DNA of 64,000 nucleotides from Oculina patagonica (Eukaryota): NCBI RefSeq assembly GCF_052425735.1, contig NC_135764.1, positions 24,118,001 to 24,182,000 of the forward strand, read 5' to 3'. Shown piece by piece: positions 24,695 to 36,601 of this stretch (position 1 is its first letter; each line of letters starts with the position of its first letter). The notes under the pieces were generated by a model. It saw only the letters and a program-made list of their open reading frames with translations, ran no database searches and was not told where the DNA came from. The position numbers and the translations under genes were made by a program.

Positions 24695-27600
24695 ATTTTC
24701 AGAAATTGTCAGAACCAAAAAACCATCGATTAATTTAGCTTGTTTGCAAAGAAATCATCCCTCAGATTACGAGACGGAGTGTTGGAGCTTTTCTTTTTTT
24801 AACTTTATAGTGAAGCAGCTGTCTTGTTGTGATGCAAATGAAACACTTCGTCTTAATTTTCTGTCAGCGTTAAAGAGGCGATTAATAACATGAATGGTTC
24901 TTTAATCATTAAAGAAGTTCTGAGAAGTTCTCAGTTGATTAGCATGTCAGGCAAAATGTTGGTTTCTAGTAAAGGCAATGCTGTATGGTCTTTATATTTT
25001 TTATAAAGAAAGGTTTTAATACAGATTTTAAATTCACAGATCGAGAGTAAAAATTAAAAGGGAAAGGGTTAGGGGTTCAAACTTGGAACGACAGTCCAAC
25101 GCAACGCATGGGGACGTTACGAAGCTCTTTGTTAATTCCATAAGAAAAGTTCAAAAACTGTTCATTTACAAGCACGTGCACGTGTAAATAAAAAATAAGA
25201 AGTATCAGAAACTATGATAGTGGAGACTGCTTTTTTAAAGAGTACGTGCATGATGGCATGCATCCCAGATCATGTGGCGACCATGTTAGTTTTGTCACAA
25301 CCCACTGTGAAAGTTTCAGTTGTAGTACTCTGTCGATCCCGCTCTTTTGACTGCATGCAGATTGATATTGTCAGTCCAAAGACTACCATAGGGAAATTAC
25401 TTTCAATCTTTTCAAAGTAGAATCGATACCGGACTACAGCATAACATGTACTACCGAGCAACACTTAGTAATACATGTAGCAGATGACGCTCCTTTCTCC
25501 TCTCCTCGTGGAGAACAGGGCTTCATTTTATGAGTTATAAGGGTAGAAAATAAGCTAAAGATCGTCGCTCAAACGTTCGTAAATAAATAAAATGATGGCT
25601 TCCCTTTGTAGCTGGCAAAGTCCAATGACACAACCGTGTTTAGCGTCTATCATACACATACAAAAGAGATGTAAGCCCAAGATTACCGCCTAAAGACTTG
25701 AAGACAAATCTTTGCAAAGAAATAAAGAAGTTAATGGTTGTTACAGGGCATGGATCACGTACTGCTCAATTTTTCTCCGACAGTACCTTGCAATCAGTCT
25801 CGCGAAATGTGAGTGAATCGCCTTTTACATGGATCTAGATGAGATGAAACTAAAGGTCACCATTCATAGGTTTCTGTTTGACAATCACTCTAGAACGAAA
25901 TGAAGAGTTGAAGGTGTACTGACTACAGCCCTTCATGCAACGAGTTTGACAATATCCCTTTGTTCAAATAGAAGTCGCTGTCCCAATTCAGAGACCCTAT
26001 TCGACAAATGGGCTAGCAAAAATAAAACTCATCTAAAAACACTATTGTTGTTCCCAGGCAAATGCAACATATCTATCATGGTATTTTGCGTTTATGTCTA
26101 CACGACTGAACTAAGAAAGATGCAATGTTCATCATATCACGAGGGTGGGACATGATGAACATCCATCCTTCTCATTTTACTGCCAAGCTTAACATTTAAG
26201 ATATTTCTTTATTGAACTGTAAGCTACACTGAGATCTACACTGGGACGAACTTAGAGTGTTGGAGGAGCAGGAAACTATCGACAGTAAACCTATATGTGC
26301 ATGCAGTTGTTGAAATGATTTGCAATACCAAGACTATTGTGCACTAGAATATGGACTCTGAAAGAGTTTCTTCAGCACAAGATCACCCTCATCCAAATCA
26401 GTTGAAACCTTCTGATATTCACAAAGACTACGTAAGACCCACAAAGGTCGACCGGTTGCGCTGCATTTTTCAACAACAACAAATACCTAACATTCTGCCA
26501 ACGACGTTTTGTGAATTATTAGCTTCTTTTCTCTGCAGTGCATTTCACCTTTGAATTGATTTATTGAGAGACATATACAGTTGTGACAGCGTGGGACAAA
26601 GGAAGGAATCTCTTAACTCCGTAACTTCCTCATACGCGACATTCATTAATATTTTCATATCCAACAATACACAAGACAGCTTGTTCTTTTTATATTTTGC
26701 ATTTAAAATATGTTTTCTCTTAATTCCCACTGTAGAAAGTGTGCTCTTCCATCAAATCTTCACGTTAAATGATTTCCCAAGGCTGTCTCGGAGTGACAAT
26801 TTCTTTAACAAGGCTAAGAACTTCTTAGGCTCGCTAAAGTCGAGAATATATATTGGTCTCTTCGTCTCACAAAGTCTCGAAATTTACCATTCGCGACCCC
26901 GTAATCTTTGCCCTTGTGGCAAGAGCAGTATTCTGCAGTTGAAGGAAAGCTGGGACTTACTTCTTACGTTCAGTGGATCAACATTATCCTCCGTATTGCA
27001 AGCGAGGAGAAATAAAGAAGACACAATATGGGAAGGTGTCGAAGAACTTTTGTTAGGAGCCAATTTGGACTACAAAGCACCCTTTAAAACTTAACATGTT
27101 AGTCCAAATTACTTATCATGAAACCAACTTGCGATTCTGAAAAGTCTGCATATAGGGACAAAGCTCTCTCGCTGTACGTTGTGCAATTTCACACAAGCAG
27201 TGTTATTGTTGTTTCTCAGTGATGTCCGAGAAATGCAGATTCAAACTGCGCACACTGAAAGCTGAGTTCTGCTTAACAAAAAAAACGGATAAGAAAATCG
27301 TACAAAATGTGAGTATATGAGGGTGTTATTCAGTCAAAATTGTCCCTGCGACCAGGTCTGTTCGACACTATTTCTCTGCCCAAACGAAGTAGTGCGTGTT
27401 GAACGGTTAGACAATACCCTAAAAGAGTTTAATGTCCACTATTGTCATTGTGAGATCATTCTGTTATTTGTGGATCTAGTAAGGACTATCCATAGACGAG
27501 CAGGTCTTCAACCAATATATTCTGCTTCATATTCTACAAAGTTTTTTTCTTAAGAGAGATACTTCTGCAACACCACAAACATAAGTCATTTATAAAGCAC

Positions 27601-30600
27601 ATAGTACAAAAGTGCTATGCACTGCAGCTAGCTTTGTAAAGACACCAATATTTCAAACTGTGGGTACAGAACGAAGTACACTACCCTGTAATTTGTGCAA
27701 GACAAGCTATTTCTTTCTTATTGTTCAATTTCTGGTGTTCGTTCTGTTTAAAACGCTCCACCGCGTCACGAGAAGACAGATCATTGCAACTAAAGGCACG
27801 AAATCTTTAAAACTGTGGAATGAAGTGTCAGCACTGTCTTGTCTTTGAAACGACATGAAGATGTTCAAGACAAGTTATTTGTTTGTTGTTGTTCATTTTG
27901 TGATGTTCGTTCTATTTAAAACGTTCCACCAGGAGGAGACAGATCACCAAATCATTCAGCCAATTCACAGAATAAACGCACCTACCAGCACGAACATTTG
28001 ATCCATGTCCGAAATGTGTGCTTCCAAAGGAAAGGGAAGGTTGTTCCAGTAATAATTTAGAATGTCATCAAGTCTTTGTCCTAAAAGGTTATCGATAATT
28101 GGCCTGTCAAAATATTCTACTCCCCACTGCATTTCATTGATATGGATATTGTTTCATCTTTTGCCAGTGCATAACAGAAATAACACATAGAATCTCTTGA
28201 CGTCACTTGAATTTTGATGGGCGGAAAAGTATTTCTTGTCTGCAAATGAAATTCGCCGATAACTTATAGCAGAAAGGAAGATACATGGAAAGAGGAGCTG
28301 TCCTTTACAAATTGAAGAAAATGAAATTTAAACTTCACTTTGAAGACTGCGCTCTGCAACGCTGACCTTCATCCGGTAGATCATTTACATGGAAGCGAGA
28401 TGCTTTTCCTTTTGTCGCCAATCAATGCATAATAAATCGCTGTACTTATTTTCCAAATATTGCGTTTATCCCTTCGACACAGTTGAAGTTGTTATGTGCA
28501 AACCAAAAGCATGATCAAGACAAAAGTGCAAATCATTACGATTTAATTGACCTCTTTAAATAATGCGAGACCTTGTAACAGATGTGAATTTAAATATTAA
28601 ACTATTTTTTCATTGAACAAAAAGCAGCAACAGGCAGCATCAACAAGGAAATAAATTAAAACAAATCAATAGAGCTGCCGTGCCAGAAAATTCGAAGCGA
28701 TACGCAGTGATGATTCGTTAAGCTCTTCAAGATGGCGCGAAACGAAGATCAAAGTTTAAAAGTACAACATGAGCGCTTATCAATATTTCACATACTCAAG
28801 GCAACATCAAACTGCAATAATTAAAACAAACGATATCAAAAAGTGATTTTTCTTTCTTTTTAGGGACAACCAGTAATAAACTATTTCATTGAAAGTCAAA
28901 CTGAGGCCACGAAATGTTATTCTTACAGATGAAAACCTAGTGTGTGATTTTTTGAAATGATGGCTCTCCTTTGGTACTATTTGTTCTTTGATATTTTTCA
29001 CAGCGGAAATTTTTAGGAGATACAATTTATCCAATTTGAACTTAGTCAGCCATTCTTAATAAATGGCGCTTTAAAATATTTGCTTAAAATGCGCAGCGAG
29101 AGGGAAGACTTCTTCTAAACTCAGAGCGCTAACCCCAATACTTTAAAATTCTTACAAATAACTCTTCTAAGCTGAGGATATTTGAAATCAAACGATGAAA
29201 CGCCCAGGCTGTTTTTGATATTTTTAAACTTACAAAACACATCTAGTTTCACCGAGATTAATGTAAAAGGTATCCGCTTATTTAAAATACAGGGTTCCCT
29301 TCACAGTCGAACACTGCGAAACTGCCATCTTGCCAAACGCCCTTGCTTTCATTCATGCCTCGATCCATGCATATGACAAAAGATGAAAATATTAGGGTAA
29401 ATATTACACTTTCGGTCGCTAGGAGAAGGGATCTTATTCTTGGCAAAAAAAAAAACATTCACAACATTTTAGCATGAAAAAATCCACGAGGAGCTGCTCA
29501 GCAAACGCTTTGAACTTGGTCATATCAAAAAAGTAAATATTTGGCGGCATATATATTTCAAAATGTGCTTTGATGCCATTTAAAAACCCTCATTTATTCG
29601 TATATGATAGAAAGGAATAATTTGTTTAAAAGTTAATCAAAAGGCGCAACAAGACAGCTCGCTCATTCGATTACCCTTTGCGACCTGTGGGAAGTCTACA
29701 CATTTTTCTTCTACGCGCTTTTGTTAGTACATTTGTTGTTGCCAGTGCATGTTGGTAATGTTCAACCAGGTCAGCCCTATACAACTTTTTTCAGCAAAAA
29801 GAAAAATGTACATAAGACTTATTCTGTAGCTGGCGTTTATTTACATTAGTATTAATTTTAATTAGTGACATGTATAGCTTTTAGCAACTACTTACTTTAC
29901 AAATTCACCAACATCTCACGGTCCTCTATGGCCCGTCTGTAGCCATGCACGCACCAACACCGCATCCAGAGCTATGAAGATAAAACTAAAACTTATGTAT
30001 AGCCAAAACGGGGCAAATGGCATTTGGAGACAAAAGATTTTATCACAAACAATTCCTTAAAGGCGAATGAAACTATGTTTTCTTACAACATAACCGAGCT
30101 CTAGTTCGTTTGCACAGTTGATTTACTATAACGAAATTTTGATATTGTATCAAATTTGTCGGTATGCATAATTCTTGCTAAGCTAACTTCCAGGGCAAGT
30201 TTCAGAAAATGGACTCCAACAGCATAAAAGGTGTTTAATCAAATGCACATGCCCTCGTCCTTTCAATAGAGCTGCCATGCAAAACCGCCATGAAACATGA
30301 ATCTATTGTTAATCGCACAAACTGGTTAAAATTGTGTTCGACTACTTCCAAAGAGGTCTTTTCAGAGCGTACCGAGATCCGCAGTATAAAATACAGCTAA
30401 CTGTGTTATCAAATTAAAAAACGCGCCTTGTATCTATAAAACCTGTTATGTAAAAATTGCTTATACTGTTATTTTGTTTACAACTCTGCACGAGAAGTTT
30501 CTGCATGAAGGGAGCATTTATTTTACATTAATTTGGTGTAAACCTTCAAAACGACAATTAAAAAATGTCTTCACATGAAAAAGTTAGTTTTACAGAGCTT

Positions 30601-32266
30601 TCTACAAAAGCGTTTCTAAACATTCTCTCGTCTGAATACAGGGCATCTGCACCTTCCTACGACAGACGAACGATTGTGTTTCAAGATTGTTAACGAGGAT
30701 GGGTCAATTAACAACCCGGGACAAATTAAATTACCAGCATCCAATTTGGAGTCACGAAAATCATTTTTCACGTTTCTCATAATAAACGACAACAGTCCTG
30801 GAAAAAGCTTACACCACATTCCATAATCGGCCTTTTTTCAGCTGAAGCTTTAAAAAATTATTAGAGAGAAACAACAATGGAAATTCTGTCCCTGTCCTAA
30901 ATTTGAAAGTACCCTCCAAGCTTTCAGTTAATTTCTCCACATATCACAAGCAGTTATGCAATAAATCTACGTATGCATAAAATACAACTTCAATTATTCC
31001 AGTGACTCACCAAAGCATGCTCGGCAGCGTCCAACGCTAGCTTTCGTGCTTTTTGTCAATTTCTCGACACATTGCATTTGTGGGATGTCGACGCGCCCAG
31101 CCATTCCAGTCGAAATTGTCACGATAGCTTGCGTGGGCGGCTGTTTGCACAAAAATGGTGAAAAAGTTCTCTTTTGACTTGAAAAACTCGAAAACAGAGT
31201 AGCATTCTTTGTATAACTAAGCATGAGCTTTAAATCGACCTCGCTTGCGCTAATTTATTTGTTTACCAAGCGACAAGTCAGAATTCGTTAAGATAAATGC
31301 ACGATAATGGCCGGTAAGTTGATATTGGCCATAATGCCTTCACGTACTATACAGGTAAACAAGTTGTTATTTGTTACTTTGTAGCTGGTTTCATGGGTTC
31401 TATTGGACGGCTGAAGCTAAAAAAAGAATCAGAAAAAAAGACAGTGTTAAATGACTTTCACCTCCAGGGCAAAAACATTGAGACTGTATGTGGCAAGATC
31501 AAGAGATCGATAAATTAGTATTGAGTAGAGGTGATTGAAAAAATAGTATTAAATGAAAATGAAGACAGGCAGTTTAGTAAAGTTTATGAACCGATTAAAC
31601 ATAGTTAAGAAAAAACACTTTACAAAGAAAAGCGCGCAAGCAAACAAACAAGCAAACACAAAGACAAACAAACACATAAACAAACAAACAGAAACAAAAA
31701 CACACAGATGTCCTTGGTTCAATTTTTATTTTCCTTTGTTCCAAATTCATTATCATATATTACTATATACAAAGGAACAAATAAAAATAAAAATTGAACT
31801 AAGGATAAAATTTACCACAACACAGACAAACATTCTGTTAAAGAAGAATGGAAAAGGCTTGTTTATTTTTTTACAAATCTTCGTCAATACAACACAAGAG
31901 TTTCGATTCCCATTGTGTAATCACGAGTACACCGCGTGCTGTTTTTCAGCTTGGCGCCATTGCCATACGCCATGTTGCTTAGCAACGGTTTGGGCAGAGT
32001 TCGCGGGCTCAGACAATTTGTGGAGGCGGGTAACGAACAAAACACTGCAGGACCCGTAATGTCGATTTTTTTTACTTCGTCTTCTTCATCCCTTTCCACC
32101 GTATACGTTATTGTGAAAGCATCTGCCGAAAATCGTTTCGACTCTTTTTAAACAAGCACGTAAGACTTCGCTATACGACAAACACTTTTGAACTCCTGTA
32201 CCTTTGAATAAAACCACTCCGGAACACTGACTAAAAAACTCTTCACTTGTGACACAGGTACCTGTC

Positions 32267-32349
32267 CAACCTCGTTCCCTAGGCTTTTCACTTGGTAATT
32301 TTCCCGTCCGTTCCAAATTACCAAGGGAAAAGCCCTGGGAACGAGGTTG
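32267..32349. mobile_element. 83-bp MITE with 9-bp TSD
   Basis: TIR CAACCTCGTTCCC / GGGAACGAGGTTG; perfect TSD GTACCTGTC at 32258-32266 and 32350-32358. Confidence 0.85.
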
Positions 32350-33471
32350 GTACCTGTCATTGGCTCTTGAAAATGCTATCTATTATTGAAATTGGTGGGT
32401 GATAGCTCTTGATTAATGATCCGGTAAACCACAAGATTATTGAAGTAAATGTGGTTCATTGATCACGTATTTGTGGTTTCAATCGGCAAAATAAGACACT
32501 TGTGTTTAATTAAGCTTGGAAATCTCCCGCCTTCTTCTCGGGTTATCGCATGCAAGCTCTTCCTGTGTGCTTTAACCATTAAACACGCAAGTGCGTGTTT
32601 TACAGCTTAATGAGAATTTAAGGATTTTCACATTGGTGGAATTTGGCGGGAAAATGGTAAACAAGCCATGAGTTCAGATTGGCTCAGGATTGGCTTATAT
32701 TTGCATGTATTTGTTGGATGATTCCCCGAAATCGTCTGGGAAGTAATTGTTTATATGCATGGCGTATACAAGTTTACATCAAAATGAGTGTGCGTAGGAG
32801 AACTATTTCCACAACGGAGTCATGAATAATAACAGATTTTATGGCACCAAAAGACCATGATACTCCGTCTTCTCTTACTAGGAATAGCGCATATAGTCTA
32901 AAGGGAAAATAGAGACAAGTCGATCAAATCAACTTGGACCGCCAAGTAAAATGTTTTATACCTTTTAATTAACGAGAAGAACTATTAAAAAGGGTATTGA
33001 TCATGGCTTACCGAACGTAAAGGAGGGATGAGTCAAATAAAGACACTCAAAAGTATACTAAGAGAGATAATTTTATTAAACATTTCAAATAATTGCTTCA
33101 TTCCTACTTTTTTATCAGTATATGCAATGCCTCATATACCAAAGCCTGTTGAAGGCCAAGGGAATATAAATCAGTGACAATTGCGACATTCTGATGCACG
33201 AAGCCTCGAAACTCACGCACCTTTCCATTGAAAGCTTACAACTGTTTTTATTTCAAAAGCAAAACAACAAAAACTAAGCGAGCTGAGATTTCACTACGAA
33301 TATACAACATAAAACAAACTTAAAAGCAATATTCTAAACTCTAACGGGAAAGAGAACGATTTAGGAAGGGTATCACTAAATATTATTCGCTCAGCGGTGT
33401 GATAAAAACTGGTATCACTCGTCGGAACAGGAGTATAAAAATAGCTGCAATTGTTGATGTTGTCGTTGTTT

Positions 33472-36382
33472 TTATTCCAGGAGGTGAGATCTCTTCTTGC
33501 GACCGTGACAGCACTGTGGTGCACAAGCCTTGATACAAGTGTGGACGCAGACTGGTGGGCACGGAGGCATGCCACCGGGAGGAGCCGGGGGTCCGGGCAG
33601 TCCGGCGTTTCCGGGTGCACCCATAGGGCCGAGATCACCGGGTGGTCCCTGAAGTAAAGAAAACGTAGTTGTTAATATTGAAAGCTACAGAGTCATGGTA
33701 GCATAGTATGCAAACACCAAACGGGGGCTTGAAGTGTTCCTTCAATGGTGTAAAACACGCGAATAGAATGATGAATAATGTCAGGAGTCCATTGATAATG
33801 TACCCAGAATATTCGTCACTCGCAATCACAACCAATCTTTCAAGAAATCTACATCGCGTTGGAAAAGATGAATTTTAGTTTCAAGTATTTTCTGAGCCAC
33901 GACTATACAAGGCCGAACAAGACCTTGTCTGTGGAAAAGACAGTTTCTCAAACCGCTCTTTGTGTCTACAATCAAATCTGGTTATATTCGAGAAAAAACT
34001 TCAGAATTACGTATCGTTATACTCACTTGATGTCCAGAAGGTCCGGGTGGTCCCATGGGGCCGTCACGTCCTGGGGGTCCAGCGGGGGCACCGGGGAGTC
34101 CAGGGAGACCGGGTGGGCCGGGAAGTCCGGGAGGTCCTGGTGGTCCTTTGGGGCCATCGGGACCAGCGGGGCCTGCCATACCCATAGGACCATCAGGGCC
34201 AGGGGGACCGGGTGGGGGAGGTGGTGGTGGGGGTGGTGGTGGTGGAAGAGGTGGAAGTGGTGGTGGTGGTGGAGGCGCACAACATACCGCTGTACATGAC
34301 GGGGCGCAGGATCCGGGACATCCGGGCGGACACGGGTTCGGACTTCTTTTGAATATACCTTTCAAATTGACAAAATAAAGAACAAAATTGTCGTTAGCTT
34401 CGCACGCGTCAAAGTGCAAAAATAAACTAGGCGCTGGTAAATGGTAATTTTTGTCTAGGAAACGGAAAAAAACCCAACCAACAACAAACAATAGCAAAAC
34501 TTTCTAAAGGATTTGTTTAATCAGGAACCTCAAGGGAAACGAAAATTCGTTCGAGAAATCGGGGGGAAATCATGGCGTTCGACTGATTAAAGCAATCCAA
34601 GTGAAAACCTTTTGGCTCAAGTTATCGGGAGGTTCGACAAATTCAAAGGATCGAAACACCGGGATTCCACTCTATAGAGCGGTTTTCTCTTGTTTGAAAT
34701 TTATTTTTTTTTTTTTTTTTTTTTCTTTTTTTTGCTCAAAAATCTCGCCCCTTTCTCAGCCAATCAGAACTAAAACCAAAACAATCCCCCCCCCCCTTTT
34801 CCCCCCTCCCCTTTTTTTTTTTTTTTTTTTTTTTTTTGCCGGAGTAATTTTTTTTTTTTTTTTCCACACCAAAAAACTATATCTAACACTTATCCAAAGC
34901 TAAGCCTTCTGAGACCCCGGTTAAATTTTCACGAGTGTTCAAAATCAAATTTCTCCATACAATATCAATACTTGTCAGGCAGACAGGTGGCAAGAATATA
35001 AGAAATCATCAACTATGGATTGTTGTCTTGATAAAATTCTAGAGAGATACTTTGAGCTAACAACATGCTATTACTGAAGGATTGTATGGAATTCAGGTAA
35101 GACACACTACAGTTTCCAAGCTTGCGAGTGTGAGTTTTAACTGCTTTTGATGCGCGAGAATAGATCATGGTTATCAATAATTGAACAGTGTTTTATGAGG
35201 ATTAACGGACTGAAACGTCACGTATTTGCCAAAAACAATATACAACAACATCCCAGCTCAATTGTCCATGCCACTTATTTCTCAAATGGGCATCTCTTTT
35301 AAACGAAGACGGCCGTTGTAAAATGTAAAAAATGGCCCAGAAATCTACCTGTATACTTGATAGTAAAGCACTTCTTAAGATGGCATGAATTGTTAATAAC
35401 CTGAAACAGGTCTATTTTGATATGGCGACGGACAGAACGTAAATAAATTTGACTTTCTAGTTTGGCAGAATCTGCAATGCGAACTCTAATTTTAAGAAAT
35501 AAACTGAACGAAATAGTAGAAACTATGAAGGCTTGTTTACGTTTTAGAGACTGCTGATAAATTGCCTATTTTTGACGAGATCACTTCACCCGTTCTCTCA
35601 CAATTTAGAAAATTGTTTTTAACGGAACTTCTTAACAATCGGAATATAAAAAAAAAGAAAAAAAATCACTTTTGTGATGTTCTTTTGAAATCATAAAATA
35701 CACACATTAAACCAAATACTACTTTTGACTTATACACATACTAAACGAAATACTGTTTCGATTTTTAGATTAGCTTTCTGCGATCAATATTTTATTACTT
35801 AATAGGATTGCGATTCGCTTGAACCAAAAGACATTTTAGTAGACCGTACAGCTATATCATTGAACTAAAGCTAAAAACGCTTCATTTTGAATGTTTTTCC
35901 TGTTCCAAGCTACAACCTTTCGAGAAGAAAAATAAAGCATTCATTGATTTCTTTTCCCTCGTCACCTTGGGATCAAATATTTTAAAACCGCTCTTTCAAT
36001 ATTCATCTAGTTTCCTTTTATTTTTTTTTATTTTTTTTTTTTTGGAAGAAAGACTGACTTAAATTCAAATTGATACGAAGAAGATAACGTAATAAAAATT
36101 CTTGTTGGTCCTACCTTAAGGTTTCTACTCTTTGTGTTCCTTAGAATGGTGCTTTACTGTTCTTATCGAATTTCGTCACCTCTTAAAAATCGCTTACTTG
36201 AGAGCAGCTCACTTAACTATCTTGCTAAATAATGAAGCTCGTTTTATAAAAGATTGCACTGATATTAAAATTATAACCCTAAGACCAAAGAAAAATATCA
36301 ACTTACTTCCTCGATGTGTTGACTTAGCAGACACTGAGACGACCACAAATAAAAGGGAACAGAAGACCAGCCTAAAATCCAT
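33472..36382 (-). CDS. Minicollagen 2, 194 aa
   Basis: Exons 36382-36307, 34358-34027 and 33648-33472 (phases 1/0). Signal [21 protein letters not shown] site, [22 protein letters not shown], polyPro, 14+13 Gly-X-Y triplets, [22 protein letters not shown], tail [11 protein letters not shown]. Probable 5'UTR exon ending near 36518. Confidence 0.95.
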
Positions 36383-36570
36383 GGCTAAGCCTAGAAAAGA
36401 GATACGAAGTAAATAAGTTCTGATATTTTGTCTGATCAGTCAATACGACAAGTTATCTCTTGTAAGTCAGAACCACAAAAGCTGGACATAGACAAATATA
36501 GAAAAGTTATCCCTCACCTTTACAGTGCAAACTTATCCGGTATATGCGGCTGCTATTGTTCGACAAGGAG

Positions 36571-36601
36571 TTTTATGAGAGCCGACCGGTAAATAATTCA
36601 T
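36571..36601 (-). promoter_or_regulatory. Putative minicollagen 2 core promoter: TATA-like element plus POU4-type motif
   Basis: CATAAAA on the minus strand (36577-36571) and TAAATAATTCAT at 36590-36601, upstream of a short exon ending in AAG|GTGAGG. Confidence 0.4.

Noticed and set aside
25300-28800. Possible decayed transposase or coding relic between gene B and minicollagen 2, including ORF 26564-27094
   Set aside because: No continuous frame or motif that I can assign by eye. A translated search would be needed.
34055-34378. Gly-rich + strand ORF (also 18311-18532)
   Set aside because: Antisense shadow of the Pro/Gly-rich minicollagen exons.
36115-36182. Extra minicollagen 2 exon ending at AAG|GTAGG
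   Set aside because: The acceptors tried give in-frame stops, and direct splicing 36307 to 34358 is already in frame.
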